From Reclinomonas americana ATCC 50394 (lineage: Eukaryota): a stretch of 49,511 nt of DNA. Numbering within the stretch: the first letter of the stretch is position 1; each line of letters opens with the position of its first letter. The position numbers and the translations under genes are program-made. Shown here one piece after another: positions 23,201 through 35,078 of the stretch. The stretch lies in the NCBI GenBank assembly GCA_048213135.1, contig PS015114.1, forward strand, positions 82,237-131,747, read 5' to 3'. The notes under the pieces were generated by a model. It saw nothing but the letters and a program-made list of their open reading frames with translations, did no database searches and was not told the origin of the DNA.

Positions 23201-24584
23201 ATGCTCGGCAAGCCGCAGCGCGAGTGGCTCAAGTCGCAGCTCTCCAACTCGTCTGCCATTTGGCGTCTGTGGGGAAACGAAGTCATTGTGGCACGCAACG
23301 AGATCAATGCCCTCCGTGCTGTGGCCACACTGGTGGCACTGCAGAGCGTGCCGTCGCTGACCACGTCCATCACCAACGCTGCCGCAGCATTCATGCTTCC
23401 AGAGCCAGTGGCAGCGGCGATTGTCGCCGCTAGCTTTGCCGGTGCCACGCAGAGCACGGCCGCGGCAGCAGCCGGTGCGATTGCGGTGGCCACGGCGACT
23501 GCCGGCGATGCAACGGCTGCTGCCGTCGCTGCCGGTCTGACTGCAACGCAGGCGGGAGTGGCGGTGGCAGCCTTCAATGCGGCCACTGCTGCACCGACGC
23601 AGAAGGCACAGGCTGCAGCGAATGCGATTGCGTTCGGCTACATCGAGCCCGACATTCGTCAGAACAAGATCAACTCGCAGGCGCTCGCTGCCACTGGCCA
23701 GAAAGCCACTCTTGGACCGTACCTGTCGCTGTTCTTGTTCTCAGCTGGTTTGTATGAGCAAGAATGGCAGTGTCGCGACATGCTGCCGTGAATTCACTTT
23801 TTGTGTGTGTGCTTTCGCTTCGTAGATGGGTGGGACGGCTATGCGACAGAGCGTGCCGACATTCTCGGCTACGTGCGTCAGACCGGTGTGAAGAACCTGG
23901 TGGTGCTGACCGGCGACTTGCATTCAGCAGTGGCTGCTCATGTTGCGCCCACGCTCTGGTGTACCTCTCAACTTCGCTTGTCTCAAGTCTCCTACTTCTT
24001 TCTCTCTCTCTTTCTCCCTCGCAGCTGTATGACGACTTCAGCAAGGCCACCGATCCGTCGGTGTCGGCAGTGGGCGTCGAGTTTGTTACACCGGGCATGA
24101 GCAGCACCTCGAACGCTTCCTTCCTCAACTTGACGGCGCCTGCGTCCTTGTTGCCGCTGGTGTCGTTCCCATTCACCATTCCGGTGCCGAACATCGGCAA
24201 CATCAGCATGTATGTGCCGATGTTTGATTTCGTTGCGTTTCGACACAGATGCCGTGGGAGTAGAAGAGGGAGGAGAGTGAGCGTGGAGAGGATGTGGCTG
24301 ATAGGGGAAATACTGTGTTGCCAGAATGCCTGCGAGATTGTGCTGAAGATTAGAGATTTATAGCACTCCCTTTTTCTCTTCTGATTTGAACTGCGTGTGA
24401 CTTCCTTCCGCTCCCAAACGCTCATGCTCGTCGCCATGCAGACCAGCGGTCGCAAGCCGGCGACTGCCGACCAACTGGCCGACACCATCCGCCCGCAGTT
24501 GCGCAACAAGCTGTCGTATTCGGTGCCCGGTGCGTTGCTGGACGCCACGACTGACGCAGTGGTGCGTGACTGAGAAGACTGCAA

Positions 24585-24616
<32 letters not shown>

Positions 24617-25607
24617 TGCAGTGATGCTCATCTGAGATCATCGTCTTCGTGCAGCTCGCTGGCGTCAAGACGAGCGCGTCGTTCGGTACGCTACGACGTG
24701 ACATAGTTAGACGCTCGTGTGTTTCCTGTCGAGACTCATGTGGTGTTATGTTTTCAGCATCCCTGGTGCAGCTCACTGCGCTGTATAGCGCGTGGGGTGC
24801 GAATCCGTGGTTCAAACATGTGCGCACGGACGTGGAGGGCTACAACGTGGTGGAGGTCACAGGTTTGAGTGGGAAGGGAAGGGAAGGGGGAGATCGCTTC
24901 TCTTCTTGTGGGGCTCAACGCGCACACTCTCTCTCGCACAGAGCAAGAGGTGCGCGTCACCTTCAAGACACTGAACCGCGTGCAAGCGCATGCTGCGCCG
25001 TCGGGCTCCGCGATCGTCGCCAGCCGCGACGTGTTTGTTGTTCCACGCGACGAGTCGGTGATTATTTCGCCGGCGGTGTGCACGAGTGACCCGCAGTGCA
25101 ATGGTCCGTGGAGTGCGAACGCCAGCTTGTACAAGTTGCGTCGTCTAGCGAATTGCTCCTTGCTTCTCACGCAGTGGCTTACTCAGTTGTGACTGTTTTG
25201 TTTGCAGCGGGTGTGTGTGTGTGTGTGTGTGTGGTCAGCCGATATGTATCGGGGGTTGCTGCTGACGGTCTGCTTCGCTGTCCGTGTGTTGTTTGTGTGT
25301 ATGCAGCCAATGCGTGGCCGGACGCTGCCGCTGTTACGCGGGTATTGGAGGTCCCAACTGTTGCGTCACCTCCCAGTGAGGTGCTGAAGCTTGCTGTGAG
25401 CAGTCACTGACAGCCGTGTTTGTTCGCGCAGGTGGCTGCCGCCCTGTCGAGTCGTGCAACGGTGAAGAGTGGCTGTTTGTGTGGTTAGCGGCCTGAGTGT
25501 TGTCGCTCACTGAACGCGTCTGCGTAGGTCGCGGACGCTGCTCGGGTTCTGGTGCCTGCATTTGCAACGCCGGCTGGAAGGGTGCCGACTGCTCGACTGC
25601 TGCTTGA
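20277..25607 (+). CDS. Secreted PhoD-family alkaline phosphatase with N- and C-terminal EGF-like domains (copy A)
   Basis: Signal-like AAFLVLLVVTHVSA, EGF-like Cys repeats and a poly-Pro linker, then FPQSVASGDP, TCQDW, LHLGDYIYE, IWDDHEFSND, TDSRVYR, MLGKPQREWL, DGWDGY and LTGDLH; EGF repeats end CICNAGWKGADC. First exons are ambiguous. Confidence 0.9.
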
Positions 25608-25904
25608 TCCGCGCATTCGAACTGCAGTCATTCTCTCGCTCGCCTTCTCTTCTGCCGAATGTATCCCCTTGCTTTGAACTCAGGGGTGGCAGAACAACGG
25701 TTTTGCGAAGAGAGTTACTGCTGACACCGACAGCATCATGTCCACGTCGACCGCCATCTTCATCCCAGGTTGTTACCGGCCGCTGCTAGTATTTCGCCGG
25801 CTGAAATGCGTGTGCCGGCGTGCATTTCATTCATTCGATTTTATATTGCATGCATGCAATTCTCCGATTCACGCACTCACATCTTTCCAGGTTCCCGGAG
25901 AGCC

Positions 25905-28900
25905 ATGCACAGCCGCGTCATTACTCTCAGTGCGTCTCTCTTTTGCATTCTCTCTCTTTCTTGTGCCCTTGCTGACACTAGTTGTGCAGGGTGGGAGCGC
26001 GTGCCCTAAGACTCCGTTTGCACACATGCTGTCCGCCTCTCTCACCTTGCGTGTATTGATGTGTTTGTGTGTGCGCGCGCTCTCTCTCTCTCTCGCAGTG
26101 CCGCATTCTTGGTGTTGCTGGTCGTGACACACGTCACTGCACAGACAGGAGGTACGTCGCTCTCTCTCTCTTTCTCTCAGTCTATTTTTGTTGCTGTGCC
26201 AATACATGACTGCTCTTGCGCACCTCCCGCAGGCGGTGCATGCACCAGTGGCACGCAGTGCAGCCAACCCGGCGGCAATTGTGTCAATGGCTCCTGTGTC
26301 TGCAACATCCAGGTGCGTGCAACAATATTCCGTTCCGTTTTGCACTCGTCTTTCACGCACCCACCATCGATCTCCTCCTCCCCTGTGTCGCAGTACCGCG
26401 GCGCCAACTGCGAAGTCTGCGCCCCGAACTACAAGAAGACCGGCCATCCGTTCTGTGGCCAAGGCCCCGACCAGTACGTGCAGAATCCCGTTGCTTGCAC
26501 CGACGCCATCACCTGCAGCGGTCGCGGTCTGTGCTTGAATGACGGCACTTGCTACGTTGCGTGAGAGAGAGAGAGAGAAAGAGAGAGAGTGTGTGTGTGT
26601 GTGTGTGCTTCTCGGAGAAATTCTCTCATGCTCACAGTGGCGTGCGTGCAGTGCCCGTTCCCCTTTGCGGGCACCAACTGTGGCAGCTGCGCTGCTGGAC
26701 GCTTTGGTGCTCAGTGCACAGACACGGCTCCGCCGCCGCCGCCTCCGCCGCCACCGCCACCACCGCCACCACCGACCCCCGACGCCACTGGCAGCAACTG
26801 GAAGGTGAGTGTGCCTCGATACGATCACCCTTCCTTTTCACTCATCACTCAGCTGACCACGCACGCGCGTGTCTTCTTTGCAGTTCCCGCAAAGTGTGGC
26901 CTCGGGCGACCCGACACACAACAGTGCCGTCTTGTGGACACGCGTGGTACCTCTCGATGCGCCCGCCGCCGGCCCACTGCCCGTCTTGTCGAGTGTCTCG
27001 ATTTCACTGCGCGTGAGCAGCACTGCTGCAAACGCCGGCAGCATGGAGAGCAAGTTGCGACGGAGCATGGGTCTCCCTGCTGTACCTGCACTCACGGATC
27101 ATCATTTCTGGTGCATGTGTGCAGTGCGGCACTGGTCGGCCCGTTTGTTATCGACCTCAAGGTCACCGCGTCGAGCTCTCTCCACATGACCGCGCGGCAG
27201 AAGGTCACCAATCTGCAGCCCAACACCACGTACTACTATCAATTCCAGGCCGGCAGCGTGCTGTCTCGAGTGCGTCACGAGCTGTGGGCGGCAGAATGAG
27301 TTCTGTCCTCACGTAACACTCCTACATTTTCACAGGTCGGCCGCTTCAAGACATTTCCGTCGCCTGGATCCAACGCTGTGTCGCGGCTGAAGGTTGCGAT
27401 GATCACTTGCCAGGACTGGTCCGACAATCACTGGGGCGGCTACACGGATCTTGTCGACAATGAGCGCGATGTCGATTTCGTGCTGCATCTGGGTGACTAC
27501 ATTTACGAGTTGTTGCGTGTAGTGTGGTGCAAGAAACAGTCTGCATGAGGGAAGAGTGAGAGAATGACTGATATGCTTCTCCCTTGTTTCCTCCTTTTTC
27601 TCGTTGCAGCCCGACGATTGGCTCCGCAACGGTGCGTTCTGATGCAAGGTAGCGTGTGTTTATTCAGCTTCTTATTGCCATTCACAGAGCCCAACTCGCG
27701 AAGCTGCACATCCACCGTTCTTGCTGCCGAACGGCGTGGGTGACTTGGCCGACGTTGACGGCACAAATCCGTACCGCGCGTGCGTTTTTGCTATCTCTCC
27801 TGCTCCATGTGCACAGGATGCTGTCGCGACTGACTCCAGCACAATATGCGTGATGCAGAGATACGCTGGAAGACTTCCGCACCCTGTACGCCACGTATCG
27901 CACCGATGCACGCCTGCAGCGCGCACACGAGTACTTCCCATTCATCAACATGTTGCGTCGGGACTTGATTTCCTCTGTTCAGTATCAGTGCGTGAACACT
28001 CACTGATTGTGATACTTTGCCGCCGCAGCTGGGACGACCACGAGTTCTCCAACGACGGCTGGATGGATCATGACACGTTCTCGAACTCGAATCCAGCGGT
28101 GCCGCAACGCCGGCGCTCGGCCTCCACAGCGTGGTTCGAGTTCACACCGGCCGATGTTGTCCTCGACACCAGCAACCCCGACAGCTACGACGTTGTGCGC
28201 ATCTATCGCGACTTTTTGTGTTGCGTACGCACCTGTCCGGCATGTTGCGTTGAGAAAGACGTTGTCTCACACATGTATCGCAGTCGGCAACCTCGCTCAC
28301 CTGTTTGTCACGGACTCGCGTGTCTACCGCACGGATCACGTTCGTCGCTGCACAAAATCGTAGAGTCTTTTGTCGTGATCTCCATCTCATGCCACTGTGC
28401 CTGTTCAGACCATTCCGGAAACCACAATCAATCCATTCACGGGCAAGGAACTCGGCTCCCTCGGAACCCGTCAACAAGTCGACGATGCACTCCGCGCTGC
28501 TGCCGAAGCCGCGCTAATCGCCAAGGCGACGGCGTTGAACCCCAACGATCCGCTCGCGCTCACTACCATGCTCGGCAAGCCGCAGCGCGAGTGGCTCAAG
28601 TCGCAGCTCTCCAACTCATCTGCCATTTGGCGCCTGTGGGGAAACGAAGTCATTGTGGCACGCAACGAGATCAACGCCCTCCGTGCTGTGGCCACACTGG
28701 TGGCACTGCAGAGCGTGCCGTCGCTGACCACGTCCATCACCAACGCTGCCGCAGCATTCATGCTTCCGGAGCCAGTGGCAGCGGCGATTGTCGCCGCTAG
28801 CTTTGCCGGTGCCACACAGAGCACGGCCGCGGCAGCAGCCGGAGCGATTGCGGTGGCCACGGCGACTGCCGGCGATGCAACGGCTGCTGCCGTCGCTGCC

Positions 28901-30954
28901 GGTCTGACTGCAACGCAGGCGGGAGTGGCGGTGGCAGCCTTCAATGCGGCCACTGCTGCACCGACGCAGAAGGCACAGGCTGCAGCGAATGCGATCGCGT
29001 TCGGCTACATCGAGCCCGACATTCGTCAGAACAAGATCAACTCGCAGGCGCTCGCTGCCACTGGCCAGAAAGCCACTCTTGGACCGTACCTGTCGCTGTT
29101 CTTGTTCTCAGCTGGTTTGTACCTGCAAGAATGGCAGTGTCGCAACACGCTGCCGTGTATTCACTTTTTGTGTGTGTGCTTTCGCCTCGTAGATGGGTGG
29201 GACGGCTATGCGACAGAGCGTGCCGACATTCTCGGCTACGTGCGTCAGACCGGTGTGAAGAACCTGGTGGTGCTGACCGGCGACTTGCATACCGCAGTGG
29301 CTGCTCATGTTGCGCTCGTTCTCGCTCTTGGTGCTCCTCTTGTCTGTCCATATGTCTCTCCTTAAGCTTCTTACAATATGGTGTTGTGTATGTGGTGGTG
29401 CGCAGCTGTATGACGACTTCAGCAAGGCCACCGACCCGTCGGTGGCGGCAGTGGGCGTCGAGTTTGTCACGCCGGGCATGAGTACCACGTCGAACACTTC
29501 CTTGCTCAACTTGACGACGTCTGCGTCCTTGTTGCCGCTGGTGTCATTCCCATTCACCATTCCGGTGCCGAACATCGGTAACATCAGCATGCTTGTGCCG
29601 ATGTTTGATTTCGTTGCGTTTCGACACAGATACCGTGGGAGTAGAAGAGGGAGGAGAGTGAGCGTGGAGAAGATGTGGCTGATAGGGGGAAATACTGTGT
29701 TGTGCGCCTGAAGAGATAGATAGCTCTTATATCTCTGTCTTTGATTTGAACTGAGTGTGACTTCCTTCCTCTCCCAAACGCTCATGCTCGTCGCCATGCA
29801 GACCAGCGGTCGCAAGCCGGCGACTGCCGACCAACTGGCCGACACCATCCGCCCGCAGTTGCGCAACAAGCTGTCGTATTCGGTGCCCGGTGCGTTGCTG
29901 GATGCCACGACTGATGCGGTGGTGCGTGACTGAGATGGCTGCAAGAGAGTGTGTGAGAGAGAGAGAGAGAGATGCAGTGATGCTCATCTGAGATCATCGT
30001 CTTCGTGCAGCTCGCTGGCGTCAAGACGAGCGCGTCGTTCGGTACGCTACGACAAGACGAGTGAGATGCTCGTGTGTTTCCTGTCGAAACTAACGTAATC
30101 TTATGTCTTCAGCGTCCCTGGTGCAGCTCACTTCGCTGTATAGCGCGTGGGGTGCGAATCCGTGGTTCAAACATGTGCGCACGGACGTGGAGGGCTACAA
30201 CGTGGTGGAGGTCACAGGTTTGAGTGGGAAGGGAAGGGAAGGGGGAGATCGCTTCTCTTCTTGTGGGGCTCAACGCACACACTCTCTCTCTCTCTCGTTA
30301 CAGAGCAAGAGGTGCGCGTCACCTTCAAGACACTGAACCGCGTGCAAGCGCATGCTGCGCCGTCGGGCTCCGCGATCGTCGCCAGCCGCGACGTGTTTGT
30401 TGTTCCACGCAACGAGTCGGTGATTATTTCGCCGGCGGTGTGCACGAGTGACCCGCAGTGCAATGGTCCGTGGAGTGCGAACGCCAGCTTGTACAAGTTG
30501 CGTCGTCTAGCGAATTGCTCCTTGCTCTTCTCACGCAGTGGCTTACTCAGTTGTGACTGTTTTGTTTGCAGTGGGTGCGTGTGTGTGTGTGGTCAGGCGA
30601 TATGTATCGGGGGTTGCTGCTGACGCTGTACGTTCGTGTGTTTGTTTGTGTATATGCAGCCAATGCGTTGCCGGACGCTGCCGCTGTTACGCGGGTATTG
30701 GAGGTCCCAACTGTTGCGTCACCTCCCAGTGAGATGCGTGCTGTTTGTGGTCACTGATAGTCGTGTTTGTTCGCGCAGGTGGCTGCCGCCCTGTGGAGTC
30801 GTGCAACGGTGAAGAGTGGCAGTTTGTGTGCTTGTCGTCGTGAGTGTTGTCGCTCACTGATCGCGTCTGCGTAGGTCGCGGACGCTGCTCGGGTTCTGGT
30901 ACCTGCATTTGCAACGCCGGCTGGAAGGGTGCCGACTGCTCGACTGCCGCTTGA
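25905..30954 (+). CDS. Secreted PhoD-family alkaline phosphatase with EGF-like domains (copy B, tandem paralogue)
   Basis: Same exon structure and motifs as copy A; stop TGA 30952-30954. A possible upstream exon begins at 25738. Confidence 0.9.
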
Positions 30955-31462
30955 GCCGCAGCGCAGCATTTTTGATGTCATGGCACATCCTGTCCATGTA
31001 TTCTCCGGCTGGCGTTCTCTTCGCAGCCGCCGTCATCACCGGCGTCATATATATACCGCATCCCCTTGTTTTGATAATTATAACGCCACGGAAAGGCCGA
31101 GGCACAGCTTGGAAAGCAGTTGCGCCAGTTTTGCTTTGCGAGTGGATGTTGAATTCTAAGCAGAGTCGCTGCGAAGGCCACGAGACGTTTTGCTGAGCAA
31201 CGAGAGAAGCAGTTGTCCGACGACGAGATACCGGAATTGATAGAGAGGACAAAAACGGTTTTCTAGGCACGCGTTCAGCGCACACACACACAGACACTCA
31301 GACACCAAGTTTCAGTCGCCGCACTACACCGCACTCTAACTGAGTGCGCGCTGTTGGTGAACAACTCTGCCCGCCTCCGATTGGCGTTTTGTTTTCTTTC
31401 GTGTGTCGTGCGAGAGAAGAGCAGAATAACCGCACCACGCCAAGTCGGTTAATCGCTCTTCC

Positions 31463-32722
31463 ATGGGGTGTCGCACGAGCAAGCCACGTGCGGTGTTGCC
31501 TTTCAAGAAGGGCGACAAGCGGACGATCAACAGCAACGGAGTGCTGAGTGGCGGAGGCGCGACTGGCGAGGCCAGTGTGCTGCCACTCACACAGGAGCAC
31601 TTGTACTTGCACGCCAAGATGACCAATGAGGTCGCCGACGATGAGATCGCCAAGGAGGACAACACAACACCACTGACAGTGGTCGCCGACGGCCTCAAGT
31701 TGCTCGCTGAGGTCAGTCGTTGCTTGACCACTTTCTGAGTTGTCCAGCTTCTTCTGCTCGTGCTCATCTTCATGTTGTACATAGGGTCGTGAGGTCAACG
31801 ACTACTTCTTCTCCTCGCGACGAGCGGCGGGTGCGGGTGGAAGACCCGACAGTGACGGACTGGGTGAGCTTGTGGAGATTGTGGAGACGGGCTCGTCGGG
31901 AGGCACAGTGGGCTACTGGATGCGACGAAAGGACTCGTATCTGCAGGCGCTGGAGAGATATCCGGAGCATGTGTTGAAGGAGGTCCGTTGTTGGCTTTGA
32001 TTGATCGTGCGCCACTGTTGCAATTGGTATCGATTGACAATCGTTGTTTGTTTGTGTTTTGGCGCAGGCCAAGAGTCACCAGCGGAGGTTGCGTCGTGTG
32101 GACAAGTGGAGGCAAACGGTGTCGTTGGAGTATGATGCGAGCTTGGAACCGGTGACCACCCTGTCGACGTACTCGTCGGAACGATCGTATCAGGAGGCGC
32201 AGGCGTCGGGGCGACGTGGCTCCTCGGCCTCACTTGGTTCACACTTTTACGCAATGGCCGGGCGCGGTGCTTCAAACTACTTGCCTGAGGGCCAAGAGGT
32301 GAGAAAGAGGAGGGAGAGAACACAACTGGAGCGTGGAGACTCACTCGCTTCTCGCGCGCGCGCAGTGGGATCCGAGCACGTTGAGCAGCATCAGCAACCC
32401 GTACAGCCAGCGCGATTGCTCAGTATCTGCCGATTTCTCGGGGTCTCGCATCAGTCCACGAAGGCAACAACTGAATGCCGCCGGTCCGGTAGCCCTACAC
32501 CCGACCGCCGCCAACGGCAAGGGCAAGGCGCCGAGTGCACGCTTGCCCGGGCAGCCGGAGGAAATGCCAGGCCGCCAGCACCACGATGCCGAGTCGGACA
32601 GCTCCGGCTCCACCGACTCCTCGTCGGACGAATCCGTTGGCCGCAATGTCGCCAACTCACCCACCCTCAACACGGCTGCTGTACAACGGCACGACTCGCG
32701 CGTACACTCGCGAGAGCCATGA
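31463..32722 (+). CDS. Hypothetical protein with an N-myristoylation/palmitoylation-type N-terminus
   Basis: MGCRTSK start; four exons join in frame through phase-0 GT-AG introns; Ser/Pro-rich C-terminus. No family recognised. Confidence 0.6.
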
Positions 32723-32879
32723 TGACTTCCACACGTTTTTCCCACTCTCATAAAAAAAGAAATGCACTGTTAATGTTCAAACCGCGTTCTTTTCGCATTG
32801 GTATCCTTCACTTTTCACCAAACCCCACACATACGACAGGTGTCGTCCGTCACCATCCAAGTTCACCGAGCAAACGCTA

Positions 32880-34797
32880 TTACTGCGGTGCCGACGGGCC
32901 TTCGCCAGGTGCCACCGCCGGTTCCTGCCGACAGATACACTCTGTGAGACTCACATTCTCTCTCGTGGATCATGCGGAAGGGAGTGAACGCACCTCAATC
33001 TTCACCGGCTTGGTCTTGAACTCGAGGAACGTCTGGCCATTCATGTACGGCACGAGCACCTCCGGGACGCGCACACCAGTCTCCTCCTGGAAGTTCTCGC
33101 AGATGCAGCAAATGGTGCGAGTCAGCGCGCACAGCGTCGAGTTGAGCATGTGCACGTACTCCTTGGGGCCGGTGGCAGTCTGAGAGGGAGTGCCGGAGTG
33201 AGTGACGAATGTGTGGGAAGTGTGTGAAAAGCGAGGCGAGCAGCACCTTCTTGCCGAGACCAAAGCGGCACTCCACATGGCGCGCCTGGTAGTCGGTGCA
33301 GTTCGAGCACGACACGAGCTCGCGGAACTTTTGCGACGCCGGGAACAGGGCCTCCAGATCGAACTTCATGGCGGCCGCGTTGTTCAGCGCACCGCTGACA
33401 ATGCTGACCACGCGGTAGGGAAGTCCGAGCTGTGCACATCACACTGTGTCAAGACACCCGAGAGAACAAGTGGCCACATGGTCGCTCGCTCACTGACAGA
33501 CCGACTGGTAGAAGGCCTCCGAGTTCGCAATCATCGTGTCCATAATCTCCCACGACTCGGTCGGCGAGCACACCACAAACTGCTCAATCTTCTCGAACTG
33601 GTGGACGCGGAAAATGCCGAGTGTGTCCCTGCCGTGGCTGCCGACCTCCTTGCGGAAGCATGTCGACATGCCCGCAATGCTGCACCATGCCTCCTCGTCA
33701 ATAAACACCATCTCCCGGAACTTGAAAAAATGTAAAGGGATATGTGGCTCACCGCAGCGGCAATTCCTTCGGGTCCATCCACTCCTTGGCAAAGTAGCCA
33801 CAAATGGTCTGCTCCGAGGTGGCAATGAGGTACTTGTCGTCGCCCTCACCCGTCACCTTGTACAGCTCCTCGTCGAACTGCTCCAGCTGTGCCACCTGAG
33901 CCATGGCGCTCTTGAGCATGAAGAACGGCGTGTACATCGGTGTGTAGCCGCGGGTGACCAAAAAGTTGACAGCGTAGTTGATGAGTGCCAGCTGCAGTCT
34001 CACGGCGCCGTTCTTGAGGAAGTACGCACGACCGNNNNNNNNNNNNNNNNNNNNNNNNNNNNNNNNNNNNNNNNNNNNNNNNNNNNNNNNNNNNNNNNNN
34101 NNNNNNNNNNNNNNNNNNNNNNNNNNNNNNNNNNNNNNNNNNNNNNNNNNNNNNNNNNNNNNNNNNNNNNNNNNNNNNNNNNNNNNNNNNNNNNNNNNNN
34201 NNNNNNNNNNNNNNNNNNNNNNNNNNNNNNNNNNNNNNNNNNNNNNNNNNNNNNNNNNNNNNNNNNNNNNNNNNNNNNNNNNNNNNNNNNNNNNNNNNNN
34301 NNNNNNNNNNNNNNNNNNNNNNNNNNNNNNNNNNNNNNNNNNNNNNNNNNNNNNNNNNNNNNNNNNNNNNNNNNNNNNNNNNNNNNNNNNNNNNNNNNNN
34401 NNNNNNNNNNNNNNNNNNNNNNNNNNNNNNNNNNNNNNNNNNNNNNNCGTGCGCACAGTGAGAGAACAACACACACAAGAGAAAGAGATGCACACAAGGC
34501 AGAGGAAGCAGCGCAGAGAGATGGTGGGCGCAGAGAGAGTGGGAGGTGCGTGGTGAGTGACATGTGCACATGTTGCGCAACTTCTCCTCCACTCAGTGTC
34601 GGTCTCCACGACCTGATCGACCAGCGTCACATCCTTGTGTCGCCGCCGCTGCGACTCACGCACCAGATCGGGATTGCCACCCTTGTCAACCTGACAAACC
34701 ATGATGACACAAAAGTGCAAGTCAGCTTGTGTAAAACAGCGTGTCAGTGAGAGAAGAAGAGACAACGCACTCGGAAAAGATCGATATCAAGACCCAT
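32880..34797 (-). CDS. SARS1: Cytosolic seryl-tRNA synthetase; spans gap 34035-34447
   Basis: [78 protein letters not shown] and [22 protein letters not shown]. Stop TAA 32880-32882. Confidence 0.97.
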
Positions 34798-35078
34798 TTG
34801 TGTGTGTGTGCTCTGTCTGCTCTCCTGCGTGCGGGGGATGCGATGCGATGAATGAGGAAGAATCCGTGAACCAATTTGTGGCGGGAAACTGTGTTGTCCT
34901 GCGACCTCCCACTGTCGGCATGCAACACAACGCAACCGCGGCGAACATTGGTGGCTATTGTTGTGCTTGTAAGTGAAGCAGTAGTAGTAGGGTGCACGCG
35001 CGTCAGTAAAGACGAACGTCAACGTCTTGTCGTCCCTTGGCGTGAATCACCCCGACAACCTGTCACCACGTGTCAAGC

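Larger units (their letters stand above)
20238..30954 (+). repeat. Tandem segmental duplication of about 5.1-5.4 kb per copy (EGF-PhoD gene)
   Basis: Similarity starts at tt(t/c)tccgat(c/t)cacgcactc (about 20238 vs 25860) and ends at the stop codons. Confidence 0.95.

Noticed and set aside
32044-33183. Long ORFs in the supplied track (this one, 23670-24827, 12793-13734 and gap-spanning ORFs)
   Set aside because: They are read-through of stop-poor introns, antisense shadows of GC-rich exons, or inflated by N runs.
15305-34797. DTD1 and SerRS as a functional translation-quality cluster
   Set aside because: They are more than 16 kb apart with unrelated genes between; proximity is probably chance.
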